Source of the DNA: the human T2T-CHM13v2.0 reference genome, Homo sapiens
Strand: one strand, 5' to 3'
Assembly: GCF_009914755.1 (NCBI RefSeq)
Contig: NC_060932.1
DNA: 64,000 nt
The notes under the pieces were generated by a model that was not told the origin of the DNA, did not search any database, and saw nothing but the letters and a program-made list of their open reading frames with translations. This document shows positions 39,790-53,100 of this stretch, one piece after another. The stretch's first letter is position 1; each line of letters begins with the position of its first letter. The position numbers and the translations under genes are program-made.

Positions 39790-41860
39790 TATGAAGCATG
39801 TATAACCATGTCACCAAAACCTAATAAACCTAGTCTAAAAACAAGAAAAAGAAAAAATTACAAATGAATGTTATAAATATTGATGCAAAAATACTAAATA
39901 AAACACTAATAAATAAAATCCAAAACCCCCTCTGCTTGTTTTTCCCAGGAATGCAAGGCTAGCTCAACACGAGGACACTCACCAGTGCACTACACCATAT
40001 TAACCTAAGAGACCTACAGGGAAAAGCTGGTGAGTTTCTCTACAGATGTTAAAAACAGCATCAACAGAGTTGAACGCTCATTCCTGATGAAAACACAAGA
40101 AGCTGTCTTATAATGATAAAATAAAGAACCTTTCATCCTAAACGAGCACCTTATTTAATAAATCACACTAGGAACAATTCCCGAAGATCAAGAAGAAAAC
40201 AAAGGTGCCAGCTATCTCCAGTCCTATTCAACACTGTTATGGTGGTGTCAGCCAATGCAGTTAAAACAAGAAATCAACAAGACATTAAAAACAAAAAAAG
40301 AAATGAAACAAAATTCTCTCTCCTTGTAAATGATATGACAGTATACTTGGAAAACCCTAGCAAAACAATGTTAAAATCTGAACAATAAAAGACTCTGGTA
40401 AAGTATCAGGATATAAAATTAACATACAGAAATCCACAGCCTTCACATATACAGAAACCAGTCTGAGGCTGCCATGGTAGGAAAAAACCCATTTACAATA
40501 GCAACGAAAAATATAGTATACCTAGGAATAAATTTAACATGAAATGGGAAAAATCTCTACAAGGGGACTTTAAAGTATTTTAAAGTTCACAAAACTAGAA
40601 GTGATCAAACAGAAAGCTATCCCTTGTTCTTGAATAGAATGACTGTATCACAAAGACGTCAGTTTTCCTATCGCAATAAAAATACCATCATGCGTTTTTA
40701 TGGAGCTGGACAAGTTGGCAGACAGTTCATATGGGAAAACAACAGGCAGTTCATCTAAGAAAACAAAGACACAAGAATAACTGGGAAAACGCTAAACAAA
40801 ATGGGCTCGCACTTGCAGACTTTCAGAACCCTAGAGAGTGAAGTCCTGATGTGCGTTACAACAGGGACGGATCCTGAAAGCACCGTGCTAGGAGAGAGGA
40901 GCCAGACACCAAAGACCACACATGTTTGATTCCACTGTCATGAGAGGTCCGCAAGACGCAAATCTACAGAAACAGAAAGCAGACAGATGGACGCCGGGGC
41001 GGGGGAGGGGGAGGGGGACTAGGGAGTGACTGCTAATATATGTGGGCTTTCTTTTCAGGGTGATGGAGATATTCTGGCATTTGATAGTAATGAATGTACA
41101 ACACTGTAAGTAGACTAAAATTCACTTAATTATACACTTCAAAACGGTGAACTTTAGGATATGTGAATTACAATGCTATTATAAAAATGCTAGAAAGCCT
41201 CTATAACTACAACTGTGCATGAAAATATAAATAGACCAATGGAATGAGGAAGAAAGTCTAAAAATAGAGCCACGTACACATGGAAATTTAGTCTATGATA
41301 AATGCGGCATCACAAATCAAAGAAGGACTTGTTCATAAATGGTGCTGAGACACCTGCTTAGACATTTGGAAAAAAATTGGTTCATACCTCACATAATAAA
41401 AAGAATACACTCCAAATGGATCATGGCTATCAATACAAAAAAGATAAAACAATCAAAGTATGTGCAGAAAAAATGAATTCCCCTTTAACCTCTATGTAGG
41501 GAAAAGTTTCCCAAGCAGGACTCAAAATCAAAATACTATAAAAGGGAAGACTGACACATGTCACAGCTTTTATAAAAGCAAGTGAACAAACAAAAAAAAC
41601 TTCTGCATGGTTAAAAAAAAAAAGTACCCTAAGCAACGCAGAAAGACAACAGACAAGCAGGGAGAAAAGATTTGCAACATATGCCAAAGGACGAATATTA
41701 TCCTTAACATATAAAGAGCTCATAAAAACTACAGGGAAACAAACAAAAAAAACAGGCAAAAGACACAAACAGAAAATTTACACACACAGGATATAAAACT
41801 GGTGCTTAAACATGTGAAAAGATTGTTCAAGCTGACTCATAACTAGAGAAGTGAAATTTA
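39790..41860 (+). mobile_element. Old L1 ORF2 (RT to C-terminal region) with a nested L1 3' fragment at about 40830-41180
   Basis: aatattgatgcaaaaatactaaataaaa..cccaggaatgcaagg..ctattcaacactgt..gatatgacagtatacttggaaaaccct..ggatataaaattaacatacagaaatc. Confidence 0.8.
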
Positions 41861-43402
41861 TACTGGTTCGGAGAGTTCCCCTTCTGCCCATGACTAGGAA
41901 GCTGGAGAGAGTGCTGCCCGAACCTAACAATACGAAAAGGCCTGTCTCATCAGACAGCTGAAGCGTCAGGGCCATGGAGTAGCCTGAAACCTAAAGAAAG
42001 ACAAGAGAGTCCCAGGAGAGAAGATGGGAGCACTGGTCTCTGCAGCAGAGAAAGGACGGGAGACCCCAGGGGCCACCCAGGCAGACAAGAAGAATGAAGC
42101 CACCTGGGCGGCCACATCCACTCACAAGCTCTTCTCCATGGGCTCAAGAGAAAGCCTAGCACAGGACAAGCCAGGACCCCTGGGGTGCAGGTGCCAGCAG
42201 ACGGCAGACGGGCGGCCCTGCAGCTCAAAGACAGGAAGCCCCTCTCCCCTGAAGAATAAAAGTCCAAGCCTATGGGATAAGGGCCGCAATGGCTGAGTGC
42301 TGTGGCCCCAGGGCATTTGTGAACACCCACAGTGGCTAAGGAAGGGTCAAAAAACACCTTATGTCTCTGGAAAAGGGGCAGAGCACCTTCCTGGGCCCAC
42401 TGCAGGAGTGCAAGAGAGGCAGAAAACACTCTCCTCTAAAGAGCAGCAAAGGACTCAAGCAGAGTTTGACTGTCGCAGGGAGAGGGAAGGGTCACTGTGA
42501 AACCCCCGCTCCCCAGACCAGGCCTGCCTGAGACTGAGGCTGCAATGAGACAACCGCCACCCGGCTGCCAGGCTTCCAACAGCCAGCAGACGCAGCTACT
42601 GCTGCAGGAGGGGAAACAGTGTGGGGAGAGACCACCTCTGTATCTGCAGCATGAGCACAGGAGGAAGCCCAACACTGCCGGGGGTAGGGCAGGAACACCC
42701 ACCCACCTTGAACCCAAAGTAGCTCCAGAGGAATCTGCAGCCAGGTCATATACTGAGGGTAAAAACAGCAGCAACAAAACCCGAATCCAGGGCAACCCCT
42801 GACCAGCTGGACTCAACCCCACATAAATGGCCTAGCATAAGGGGCATGCCCATTTCTGAGCATAAATATTATTTATCTCAGTCTGCAGTCCTATAATTGA
42901 AGTCAAAATCAATCAAATCAATCAAAAAGTACAAGACACACAAGAACATTAGAAAAAGCAAACCACTGTCAAGTAACAAGACAATCAGCAGAGCCAGACT
43001 GAGGAGAGGTCAGAACCATCAAGGAATTTAAAATAACTATGGCTTCTATGTGAAAGGTCCCAGTAGAAAAGATGGACAAAATGCATGAGCAGTGGGGAAG
43101 CTCAGCAGAGAAATGGAAACTAACAGGAGGTCGCAGGGAAATGCCAACAATTAGAAACACCAGATGGAAATGAAGAAGCTTCTGGAGCTCTGCCATACAC
43201 TCAACACAGCCAGGAGGGAAAAGTCAGTCAACCTGAAATTACCCAAACCAAAACACAGAGAAAAAAGTGAAAAAAGAAAACAAAAGACAAGCACCTACCA
43301 GACATTATCAAACGTCCCAGCAAATGTTTAACTGGAATCCCAGAAGGTGAAGAGAGAGAGAACAGTGGCAGAGAATTTTCCAGAAAGAATGAAAGGCATT
43401 CA

Positions 43403-44085
<683 letters not shown>

Positions 44086-45284
44086 AGCTCAGAGAACACT
44101 ACAGAAAATAAATACTAAATAAAAAAGAAGGTGAAAAGCACATAGAAATATCATACTCAACCTGATGAAAACCAAAGGTTAAAAAATCTTGAAGCTGACA
44201 AAGAAAGAATACAGACTGCATGCAAAGAAATGAAGAAAAGAATTACAGCTGACTTTCCTTCAGAAATCATGCAAGCCAGAAGACAATGGAGTGACATCTT
44301 TAAAGTGCTGGGAGGGAAAACAAAAAACAAAAAAAAAAAAACCTGCAAGCCAGAATTCTATACCCAGTGAAAATATCTTCAAAAATGAAGTAGAGAAAAA
44401 AAGCTGCTGACCTAACTACCTTCGGAAAACAGCATTCTGACTGGAAATGTCAGACTAAAGCAAAAGGGACTGTATAAAAACACTACACTTCAGCTGCCAA
44501 GGCTGTTTCTCACAGGTACAAGAGGACATCATTACAGATCCTACAGACATTCAAAGAATAAGGAGGGAATATTACTAACAACTTTATGCCCATAAATTCA
44601 ACAACCTAGATGAAATCAACAAATTCCTTGAAGGACGCAACCCTGAACAGCCTTGTATCTATTAAATACACATTGAACTGATAGTTAAAAACCTTCCATT
44701 AACAAAAACTCCAGGCCTAGAGGCTTCAGAGCAAATTCTATCAAACATTTAAAGAATACCAAATACATAAACTCTTCCATGAAGGGGGAAAAAAAACCCT
44801 GCAGGAAGCAAAGTCGGGTGAATGGCTGCCAGGGGCTAGGGGTCGGCCATAGGGATGGACTGCAGGGGGCAGGAGAAAACATCCTGGGCGGTGAAAATGT
44901 CCGGTGTCTTGACGACAGTGGTGATGCACGACTGTACAAATTCATCAAAATTCACTGCACACTTAAAAGAGTAAATTTTATTGTATATAAATTATACTTC
45001 AATAAGGCTGACATCACAAAAACAACCAGACAACACTCATTAATCATGACAGCAACCAGGATCACAGTCACCCTTGTGAGGAGGTATCGGGCTGTAAAGG
45101 AGCACAAAGGCAACTTGCAGGCGTTGGAAACACTCTGTTTCTGTATCGAGGTGGTGGTTCCAGGGGTGGATACACCTGCAACAATTTGTCAGGCTGTATA
45201 CTTAAGGTATGTGTCTCTTACCATACGTGAGCTAAACGCCAACTCTTAAAAAAAAGAGTATGAATACAAATTTTTAGCCTAAGC

Positions 45285-45497
45285 TGAGGGTTGGCAAACA
45301 ACAACCCACAGGCACTCTGCCTCATCTGCAGTAAAGCTTTGCTGGCACACAGCCACGCCCATTCATCCATGAGTTGTCTATGGGCTGCTTTTGTACCATG
45401 GGGCAGAGCTGGGTAGCTGCAACAGACACTCTAAAGCCGGAGAACACCAACATATTTACAGTCTGGCCCTTTCCAGGAAATGTGTGGTGATTCTGGT
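45285..45497 (+). mobile_element. MER58A (hAT-Charlie)
   Basis: gggttggcaaac..cacagccacgcccattcat..ggcagagctgggtagctgcaacaga..atatttacagtctggcccttt. Confidence 0.75.
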
Positions 45498-46188
45498 TTA
45501 AGCAAATGGAAGAACAGGGTTGCCATCAACCAAGGAGACGAAGGCTGTGAGAGGAGGTGGTGGATTCTGAATTCTGCTTGGCAGACATTAACCTTGAGAA
45601 GCCACCTCACTGAAAACACAGTATGGGCAACTGAACACAGGATCTGATCTCAGGGGAGAGGCTAGGACTGAAAGACCCACCACGGGAGCCTGACCCCGCA
45701 GGTCCGCAGCACGACAGACAGAGGATGGGCCCTGGGCATGTTCACTGCAGCCTCAGCTCCTGGGACCTGGCATCTGGCAGCAGAGTGGGAGGAGCCCCAC
45801 AACCATTTGCTGAAAGAATGAGAGAAAACCAGCGAAGGATGAGTGGGAGGGAGAAGGGAAGGGAAGAGCTGGAGAGGCTGGGACACGGAGTACAACCATG
45901 AATGTCAGCCTTACAGCAGCCACAGGATGGACCCCCTCTTTAAGAGTGGGCACACTGGCTTTGGAAGGATGAGAAGAGAAACTGGGCCCCAGGGACAGAC
46001 AGAGGCTGCGGGGTGGAGCGGGGGTGCTGGCTTCCCTCACCCCTCATGTGAGCAGCAGGGGCAAAGGGGCTCCTGCCTGGGGGCACCCCTGGCACATTCC
46101 CGAGCCTCTGTGCCCCTCCTCCATGAAATGGTCTTAGCAATGCTGGAGGATGAGCTGAGCTCACATACGCAGAAGGACCCGGAACATC

Positions 46189-46425
46189 CCCAAGGGCCTC
46201 CTCCTGAGAAGGCCACCCCACCAGTGCCATTTCCTTCCCTGCTGTGCCTCTCCCAGCAGACTCCCCCAGGCCTCCTCTTGAGAAGGTCACCCCACCAGTG
46301 TTGTTTCCTTCCCTGCTGTGCCTCTCCCAGCAGACTCCCCCAGGCCTCCTCCTGAGAAGGCCACCCCACCAGTGCTGTTTCCTTCCCTGCTGTGCCTCTC
46401 CCAGCAGACTCCCACAGGCCTCCTC
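46189..46425. repeat. Tandem repeat, 74-bp unit, ~3.2 copies
   Basis: ggcctcctcctgagaaggccaccccaccagtgctgtttccttccctgctgtgcctctcccagcagactccccca. Confidence 0.92.
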
Positions 46426-47501
46426 TGTGGCCTCTTGGCCAAGCCCCTGCCCCTGATTTCTGGACGCTTTTTCTTGCTCCACTCCCTCCCTCTGTCCCTC
46501 CATCCTACCCCTCAGCCTGTCCTAGGCCTCCCCCGTCACCTGTCTGCTGAGACCCCTGAGTGGGTCTCTCTCTCGGACTGTGTCTGTGTCTCCCTCAGCC
46601 TCTGTCTCTGGGTGTCATGAGAAGAAAGAGAGGAAGGGAGGCCTCACAGGACCAGGCAGCAGGCATGTGAGCCCAGCCTGGAGCTGGGCACAACTCCCTT
46701 AGGAAGAAAACCATCTGGTCTGTGAAGGTACTGCAGGGTGCAACCTGGGCTACGGCCATGGGAGTGGGTTCAGGCCCGGCCATGCTGCCACCCTCAAAGG
46801 ACAGCTGGGTGATCTCAAAGGTCCAGCCAGGTCTCACCCTGACTGGCGGCTGGGAGAGAGGAGGCTGGGAAAACACCCACAGGGAAGGCCAGCAGCGGGA
46901 TGGCAGGGCCAATCCAGACTCCCGCCAATACCCCACCTGGCCCAAGAAACCAGGACACAGGCATCAAAGACAACATCAAGAGGGGTTCACTGCCATCCTT
47001 CAGGAAGAAAGCCCGGCAGGCCCACGAGCTCCATGGGACCCTGAGACCACACCACCATCCTACAGCTGATGGACGCTGGCCCCTGCTCTCTGTGACGCCC
47101 CCACCCCCACCCCTCCTTCTACCTCTGACACAGGGACCTGCCACAGGAGAGAGAAAGTGAGTCAGGCAAGGAAGGGCCGAGCACAGAAAACCACCAGAGA
47201 CCTGCCTGCTGCCCATCAGGGCGAGACCTAGACCTCCGGGATCCAAGAAGACAGCCTTACCCACTCCAGGCAGAGGCAAGCAGGCACACACAGGAGAGGG
47301 AGCTAGGCAGGGGAGCGGGGAAGCGGGGAGAGGGACGGCCAGGGAGGAAGGGCTCAGAGCACAGCCAGCGGCACACCCAGGGGATTAAAACATCAACAAG
47401 AAGAAACACCTCAGGCTCCAGGTAATACACTGTGTGTGTGGAGCAAAGGGGAAGTCTCCAGGAGGCGTCAGTGAGGAAAAAAATTAAAAGACTAAAGTTC
47501 A

Positions 47502-47814
47502 GGCCAGGCGACATGGCTCATGCCTGTAATCTCAGCACTTTGAGAGGCTGAAGCAGCCAGATCACTTGAGGTCAGGAGTTCGAGACCAGCCTGGGCAACA
47601 TGGTGAAACCCCGTCTCTACTAAAAATACAAAAGTTAGCCAGGCGTGGTGGCCCACACCTGTAATCCCAGCTACTGGGGAGGCTGAGGCAGGAGAATCGC
47701 TTGAACCCAGGGAGGCGGAGGTTGCAGTGAGCCGAGATTATGCCATTGCACTACAGCATGGGAGACAGAGCGAGACCTAGTCTCAAAAAAACAAAAGAAA
47801 AAGAAAAAAAAAAA
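47502..47814 (+). mobile_element. AluSx-like
   Basis: Full dimer. TSD aaaagact(a/t)aagttca. Confidence 0.93.
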
Positions 47815-47876
47815 GACTTAAGTTCACTCACTGGGGACTTGGCTTCCAGGCAAATCACTTTAGAAGTGGGAAATGC

Positions 47877-48178
47877 GGCTGGGTGCGGTGGCTCACTCCT
47901 GTAATCCCAGCACTTTGGGAGGCCGAGGTAGGCGGATCACGAGGTCAGGAGATTGACACCATCCTGGCTAACATGGTGAAACCCCGTCTCTACTAAAAAT
48001 ACAAAAAAATTAGCCAGGCGTGATGGCGGGCGCCTGTAGTCCCAGGCTACTCGGGAAGCTGAGTTAGGAGAATGGCATGAAACCCAGAGGCGGAGGTTGC
48101 AGTGAGCCAAGATTGGGCCACTGCATTCCAGCCTGGGCGACAGAGTGAGACGCTGTCTCAAAAAAAAAAAAAAAAAAA
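47877..48178 (+). mobile_element. AluSc/AluY-like
   Basis: ggatcacgaggtcaggagattgacaccatcctggctaac. TSD aagtgggaaatgc. Confidence 0.93.
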
Positions 48179-49797
48179 GTGGGAAATGCATGAATTATGG
48201 CCCCTGGAGAGTTTTCTCAAACAAAGACCATCTGAAAAGGGGAAGGAGGCTCTGAGAAGGCTCTGGAAACTAGTGGGGGCAGGGAGGGGCTGGGGCGGAG
48301 GAAGGAGAGACTCAGCTCAGCCTGGGGAACAGGCGCTGGCCTCGGGCTGCCCTGGGAAGACCCCACACACATCCAACTGCTGCTACCAAACCAATCCACA
48401 TTTGACAGAACCCGCCAGGGACCCGGCGCCAGGCAGGTGCCCAAGCACCATTAGTTCCTGTCCCCTTTCCCCAGGGAGGAGACAGGCTTGCTGGAAAGAC
48501 CCAAATTTAGGGTCACCACACCTCAACCACAGTACTCGACCACAGTACCCAACCAGAAGAAACAGAAGTGGGTCTCACACAGGGGTGGCCCCATTGGTCA
48601 CAGTACGCTCCAAGCCTGCCACGTGCCGGTCCTGTCCTAAACACTGGGGTACAGCAAGGGACAAGCCACACATCTGCTTCTGGGTGCCCGTGAGAATGGG
48701 GCAGTCTCCCAGCTGCTCCCGGCACCCACAGCGGACAACTGCATGTGGCCCCTTGAGGACAGGGGTGCACACCCAGGGCCTGGCCTGTGCTGGACAGAGA
48801 GCAGCACTGGAGCGGTGCCCCGGGGGAGGGCGGGTAGCAGGTGAGGAGCGCCACACGTGGTGGTCAGAGCAGTGCGGGTGTGTCCCTAAGTCTCTGCAGG
48901 GAAAGGAAGCTGGGCTGGCAGAGGATGGCGCAGGCCCTGGCAGGGCAGGCACTGGCAGGACATGCCCTGGGGCTGGGCGCCAGCTTCCTCGGCTCCAAGG
49001 GGACCCGCCAGGCAGGCCTGGCAGCAGCTTCCTGAATGCTCAGCCCACTGGGCAGCCTTCGGTGCACCTCCCGGTGAAGTCCGCCATCCAGCTCACCACA
49101 GTGCACACTGCATGCTCTCTCAAAGGTCTGACCCTTCAATTAGCAAAGCAAGTGGTTCAATGAAAATGAAATCCTGCCTGTGATGCCACCAGCACTCAGC
49201 TGCTGGGCCAAACTCCCCGCACAGAGACCCCCAGTCATGGCAACTGAGGCCCAGAAGATGCGGCTTCCTAGCAGCAAGAGCCTGCTTGCTCCCAGGCCTG
49301 GCTGGCTCCCATGAGGCTCCAGCTTCCAGCACAGGCCCAGGCTGGGGTTCCAACTGATAGAGATGTGTGGACGCCTGCAGGGTGTAAGGAGAGAGGAAGA
49401 GGGTGGGCAAAAGCAGCGGGCAGGGCCTCCTAGATCTGGCTGCCCCTCCAGGTCCATGGGTACAACAGAGGCCCCTGTGCTGGAGACTTCACAAGTCGGA
49501 CCAGCCGCTATAAACATACGGAAAACATGGTCCCAGCAGAGTCGGTGGACACTGCAGACTGCAGAGTCCGCGCCTCCCTGACCTGCGTGCAACCTTCAGA
49601 GAATCGCTCCATCTCTCTGAGTCTATCCACATAATCCAAAGTGCAGGAGCAATTTGCACCCCGCAGGGCTACTGAACGGGTGAGAAAGGGACAAGGGTGT
49701 GTCTCACGCAGTGAGACTCCACATGTGTCTTGGTGCCCTGTTTTCCCCTGAGGGGAACTTGAGAACCGCAAGGGCGACCCTGGGGCCCAGTGAACCC

Positions 49798-50147
49798 TGC
49801 TGTGGTCTGAATGTTCGTGTCCTCTGCAAGTTCCCACTTTGAAATCCTGCCTCTAAGGCGATGGCGTTAGCAGGTGAGGCATTTGGGTGGTGAACAGGTC
49901 ATGAGACAAAGCCCTCATCAGTGGGATGAGTGCCCTTGTCAAATGGACCCCTGAGAGAGCTCCGGCCGTCTTTCCACCATGTGTGGGCACAGCAAGACGT
50001 CAGCAGCCTGCAACCCAGAAGAGGGCCCCCCAGAACCACCCCTGCTGGCACTCTGATCTCAGACTTGTAGCCTTCAGAGTGATGGGAAATGAGTGTCTGT
50101 CACCAGCCAGTTCATGGTATTTGTTCACCAGCCTGAATGGACTGAGA
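49798..50147 (+). mobile_element. MLT1A-like (ERVL-MaLR) LTR
   Basis: tgctgtggtctgaatgtt..agccctcat..gtgccctt..tgctggcactctgatctcagactt..atggtatttgtt..gcctgaatggactgaga. Confidence 0.8.
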
Positions 50148-53100
50148 AGCTCCATGGCCTGGAGAAGGTGTCAGGCAGAGAGACAAGGCCAGCTGGAGAG
50201 CCCACCCAGACACGGGACTCCCAGGGCCCGGGCATGGGGGCTGTAACCCCGAGTGGCAGACCCGGGGCCTGGAGTGCCAGGGAAGCGTGTGCCGAGCCAT
50301 CAGTGGACACCCCGCAGAGAGGCCAGCCCTTCCTTGCCCTTCCCCTAGGCCAACAGCTTCAGGCTGATCAGCAGAACCTGGGCAGAGCAGGGAGAGCCAC
50401 ACAGGACCCTGGGCTCAGGAAGAGAGGGAAGCACTCCTGAGTCACACAGGAAGCAGAGGGCAGCTACTGGCAGAGCCCCACACCTCAGGCCTGCCCTCCT
50501 GTCCCATCTCTCTGCTGTGCCCACCCTGCCACCTCCCCCCGTCAACGGGGGACATGGCAGCACCCTCAGAGCCCATCCCTCCAAGAGCACGTCCCCTCAT
50601 GTTCTCCGCAGACACTCCTCATCCAGCAGCCCAGAAACCAGCAGGTGACTTGGGACAAAACATACTCCAGCTCTTCATCTCATCAATTACCCAAGATCTA
50701 TCCCAGATAGACTAAAGGGCTACATCACTTACAAATCAAAAGTAAAACATTAAGACAGCCCCAAAGAAAACATCTACCAAATACAAAAGCAACGTTATCC
50801 ACACACACGAACACAGACTTGGCAGCATACTAAAAAAAAAAAAGCTTCTATAAGTTAAAATGCAACATAGGCAAAATTAAAAGGCAAAAGATAAAGTGAC
50901 AACATATTTGCAACAAACATGACAAAGGCTGCTACCCTCAATAAATAAGGCACTCCTACAAATTCATTTTTAAAACATTCAGACATAACATGAACTAAGT
51001 CAGGGCAGCGTGCAGGAAGGCAGGCGAGCGCCCCATCAGCATGACAAATAACCCAAGAATCGCAGGAAGGCTGCTCCCAGCCAGAGGATGCCAGCACCTG
51101 CCATCGGGTTAGTGCTGGTGCATAACTGGGGGAACGGCAGGGACCCCAGCCTCAGACACAGCTTGTGGGGGTGCGAAGCAGCACAGGCCCCTGCAAAATG
51201 ATCATGCAGAGGGACCCCTCTTCACTGCACCCCCAGAGCTCTGCTCCAAGGAATCCAGACAGAAACTACCAGAAGCTGGAAGCACTGGAAACAAAAATCA
51301 AGTAGCTGGAAACGTCCTAAAGACTCAGTAATAAATAAATAACAAACCATGCTACTCATTTATATAATATGCAGCATCTCTAACCAGGGTCTATACACGT
51401 GTCTTTAGTGATGTGGGTAAGTGCTCAGAGATGCCGAAGTGGATGGGCTGCATGTGCATGCGTCACACAGCCATCCCACACAGGGATCCGCGCGGTGAAC
51501 TATGCGGTCCTTTCTGATATCAAGACGCAGCAGTCCCTGATCCAGCCACTGACACCCCCAAGCACTTACATGCTGGAAAGGCGCAGCCCCAAGACCCCGT
51601 ACACCATGGTCAGAGCAGCCTTGTGCCGATTGCCCCAAACAGCCCAGGACACAGGACAAACCCTGGTCTGTCCACACACGGGAACACCGCTCAGCATCAC
51701 AAGGGAGAAGGCGCGGACGCCACACCCACAGTTCAGGAAAGCAAAAGCAGCCAGGCCAAAGAGAGTCATGCTGTGTGATACCATTTACAGAAAATTCTAG
51801 AACAGGCAAAAGTCGCATGTGGTGACAGAACTCAGAAAGGCATGGGAGGGGCACAAGGGACTCTCTTGGGGTGGAAGATCACCTTCGTGGCACGAGCAAA
51901 GACAGCCATCAAAACTCATCACACGGAACACTGGGGAGCTGTGTGTCCTACTGTGTGTTAATTATACACGCTTGAAGTTTGCGCACTTGCACAGCAAAAA
52001 GACCAGAAGGAGATCTATTACAAAGCCGAGAGTAAAGTTCTCCCAGATGTGACAGCAGGCATGAGCCTTGAATCCACCGCTCAGGGTAAGAAGCCAGTCC
52101 CAAAGCACCACGTGTCATCCAAGGTCATTTACAGGAAACGCTCAGAACCCACAAATCCACAGAGCCAGAAGATAGATTAGGGGTTGCCCAGAGGTAACAA
52201 GGAGACAACCTCAGTAGCTGCTCCTGGTGGGCCTCAGGGAGCCAGTAAGCTACCGCCCAGAGGTCCTTCAAGGCGCACGGGCGTGTTAGGTGCTCCAACG
52301 GGCACGGGTGTGTTGCCAACAGCCCACCGCAGGCCCAGCACCCTTGGTTCCACGGCAGCCTCTGAGTGTGAGCTCCTCTGAGGCCCCGGGTGGCGCACCC
52401 TTCAACACCCAGGGCTGGCCCAGGCAGACACCCTTCCCACCGGCAGGCTCTGTGGTCGCCAAGCTCACAGGGCACTCTCATAGCTCCCTGGATGCGGCTA
52501 TCATGCCAGCCTTGGGAGGACTAGGCTAGCAGCATCCCTTTGCAGAGGACTCTCAGAGCAGAGGACCAAGCCCGCAGCAGATCAGCACGGATCAGAGCAG
52601 CTCACACATGTCCTCCCACCCCACGTCAGCGCCTCAGCAGCAGATGCGGCCTCAAATGCGTCAGTCTCCTCATCTGTATAGTGGGCATGCCTCAGCGGGC
52701 CGCTGCCAGCAAGGACAGACCGTCCGTCACGGAGTAGGCACCACACCTCTGAGTAAGCCTCCAGGGGCTGCCTCTCCTCCTAACCCCCAGACTCAAATGC
52801 CCCCAACCTCGCCCTCCCAGTGAGCAGCAGCTCTGCACTCGTGCTGCGCTCATGTCTGGGGCCAGCCAGCAGGGGGATGAGCCGCACGCTGGCCGAGGGG
52901 CTACGCTTGCCCAGAGGTGCTTGTCTGGGAAAAGGGAGAGTGGTTTCACAACTTCTAAAACAAACACGGCCAACACCACTCCTGCCAGGGGCACGATGGG
53001 GAACGGGGCGGGGAGGCCCACTTGTCCTTACACCTTCGTTTCCTAATTCAGTTTTCAGGGTTCAACGTGCCACAGGTACTTCCACACCCTTGAAAGCCCT

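Noticed and set aside
48102-49163. Longest ORF in the track (353 aa)
   Set aside because: Starts at a GTG inside an Alu and reads through its A tail. The remainder is GC-rich with no recognisable domain.
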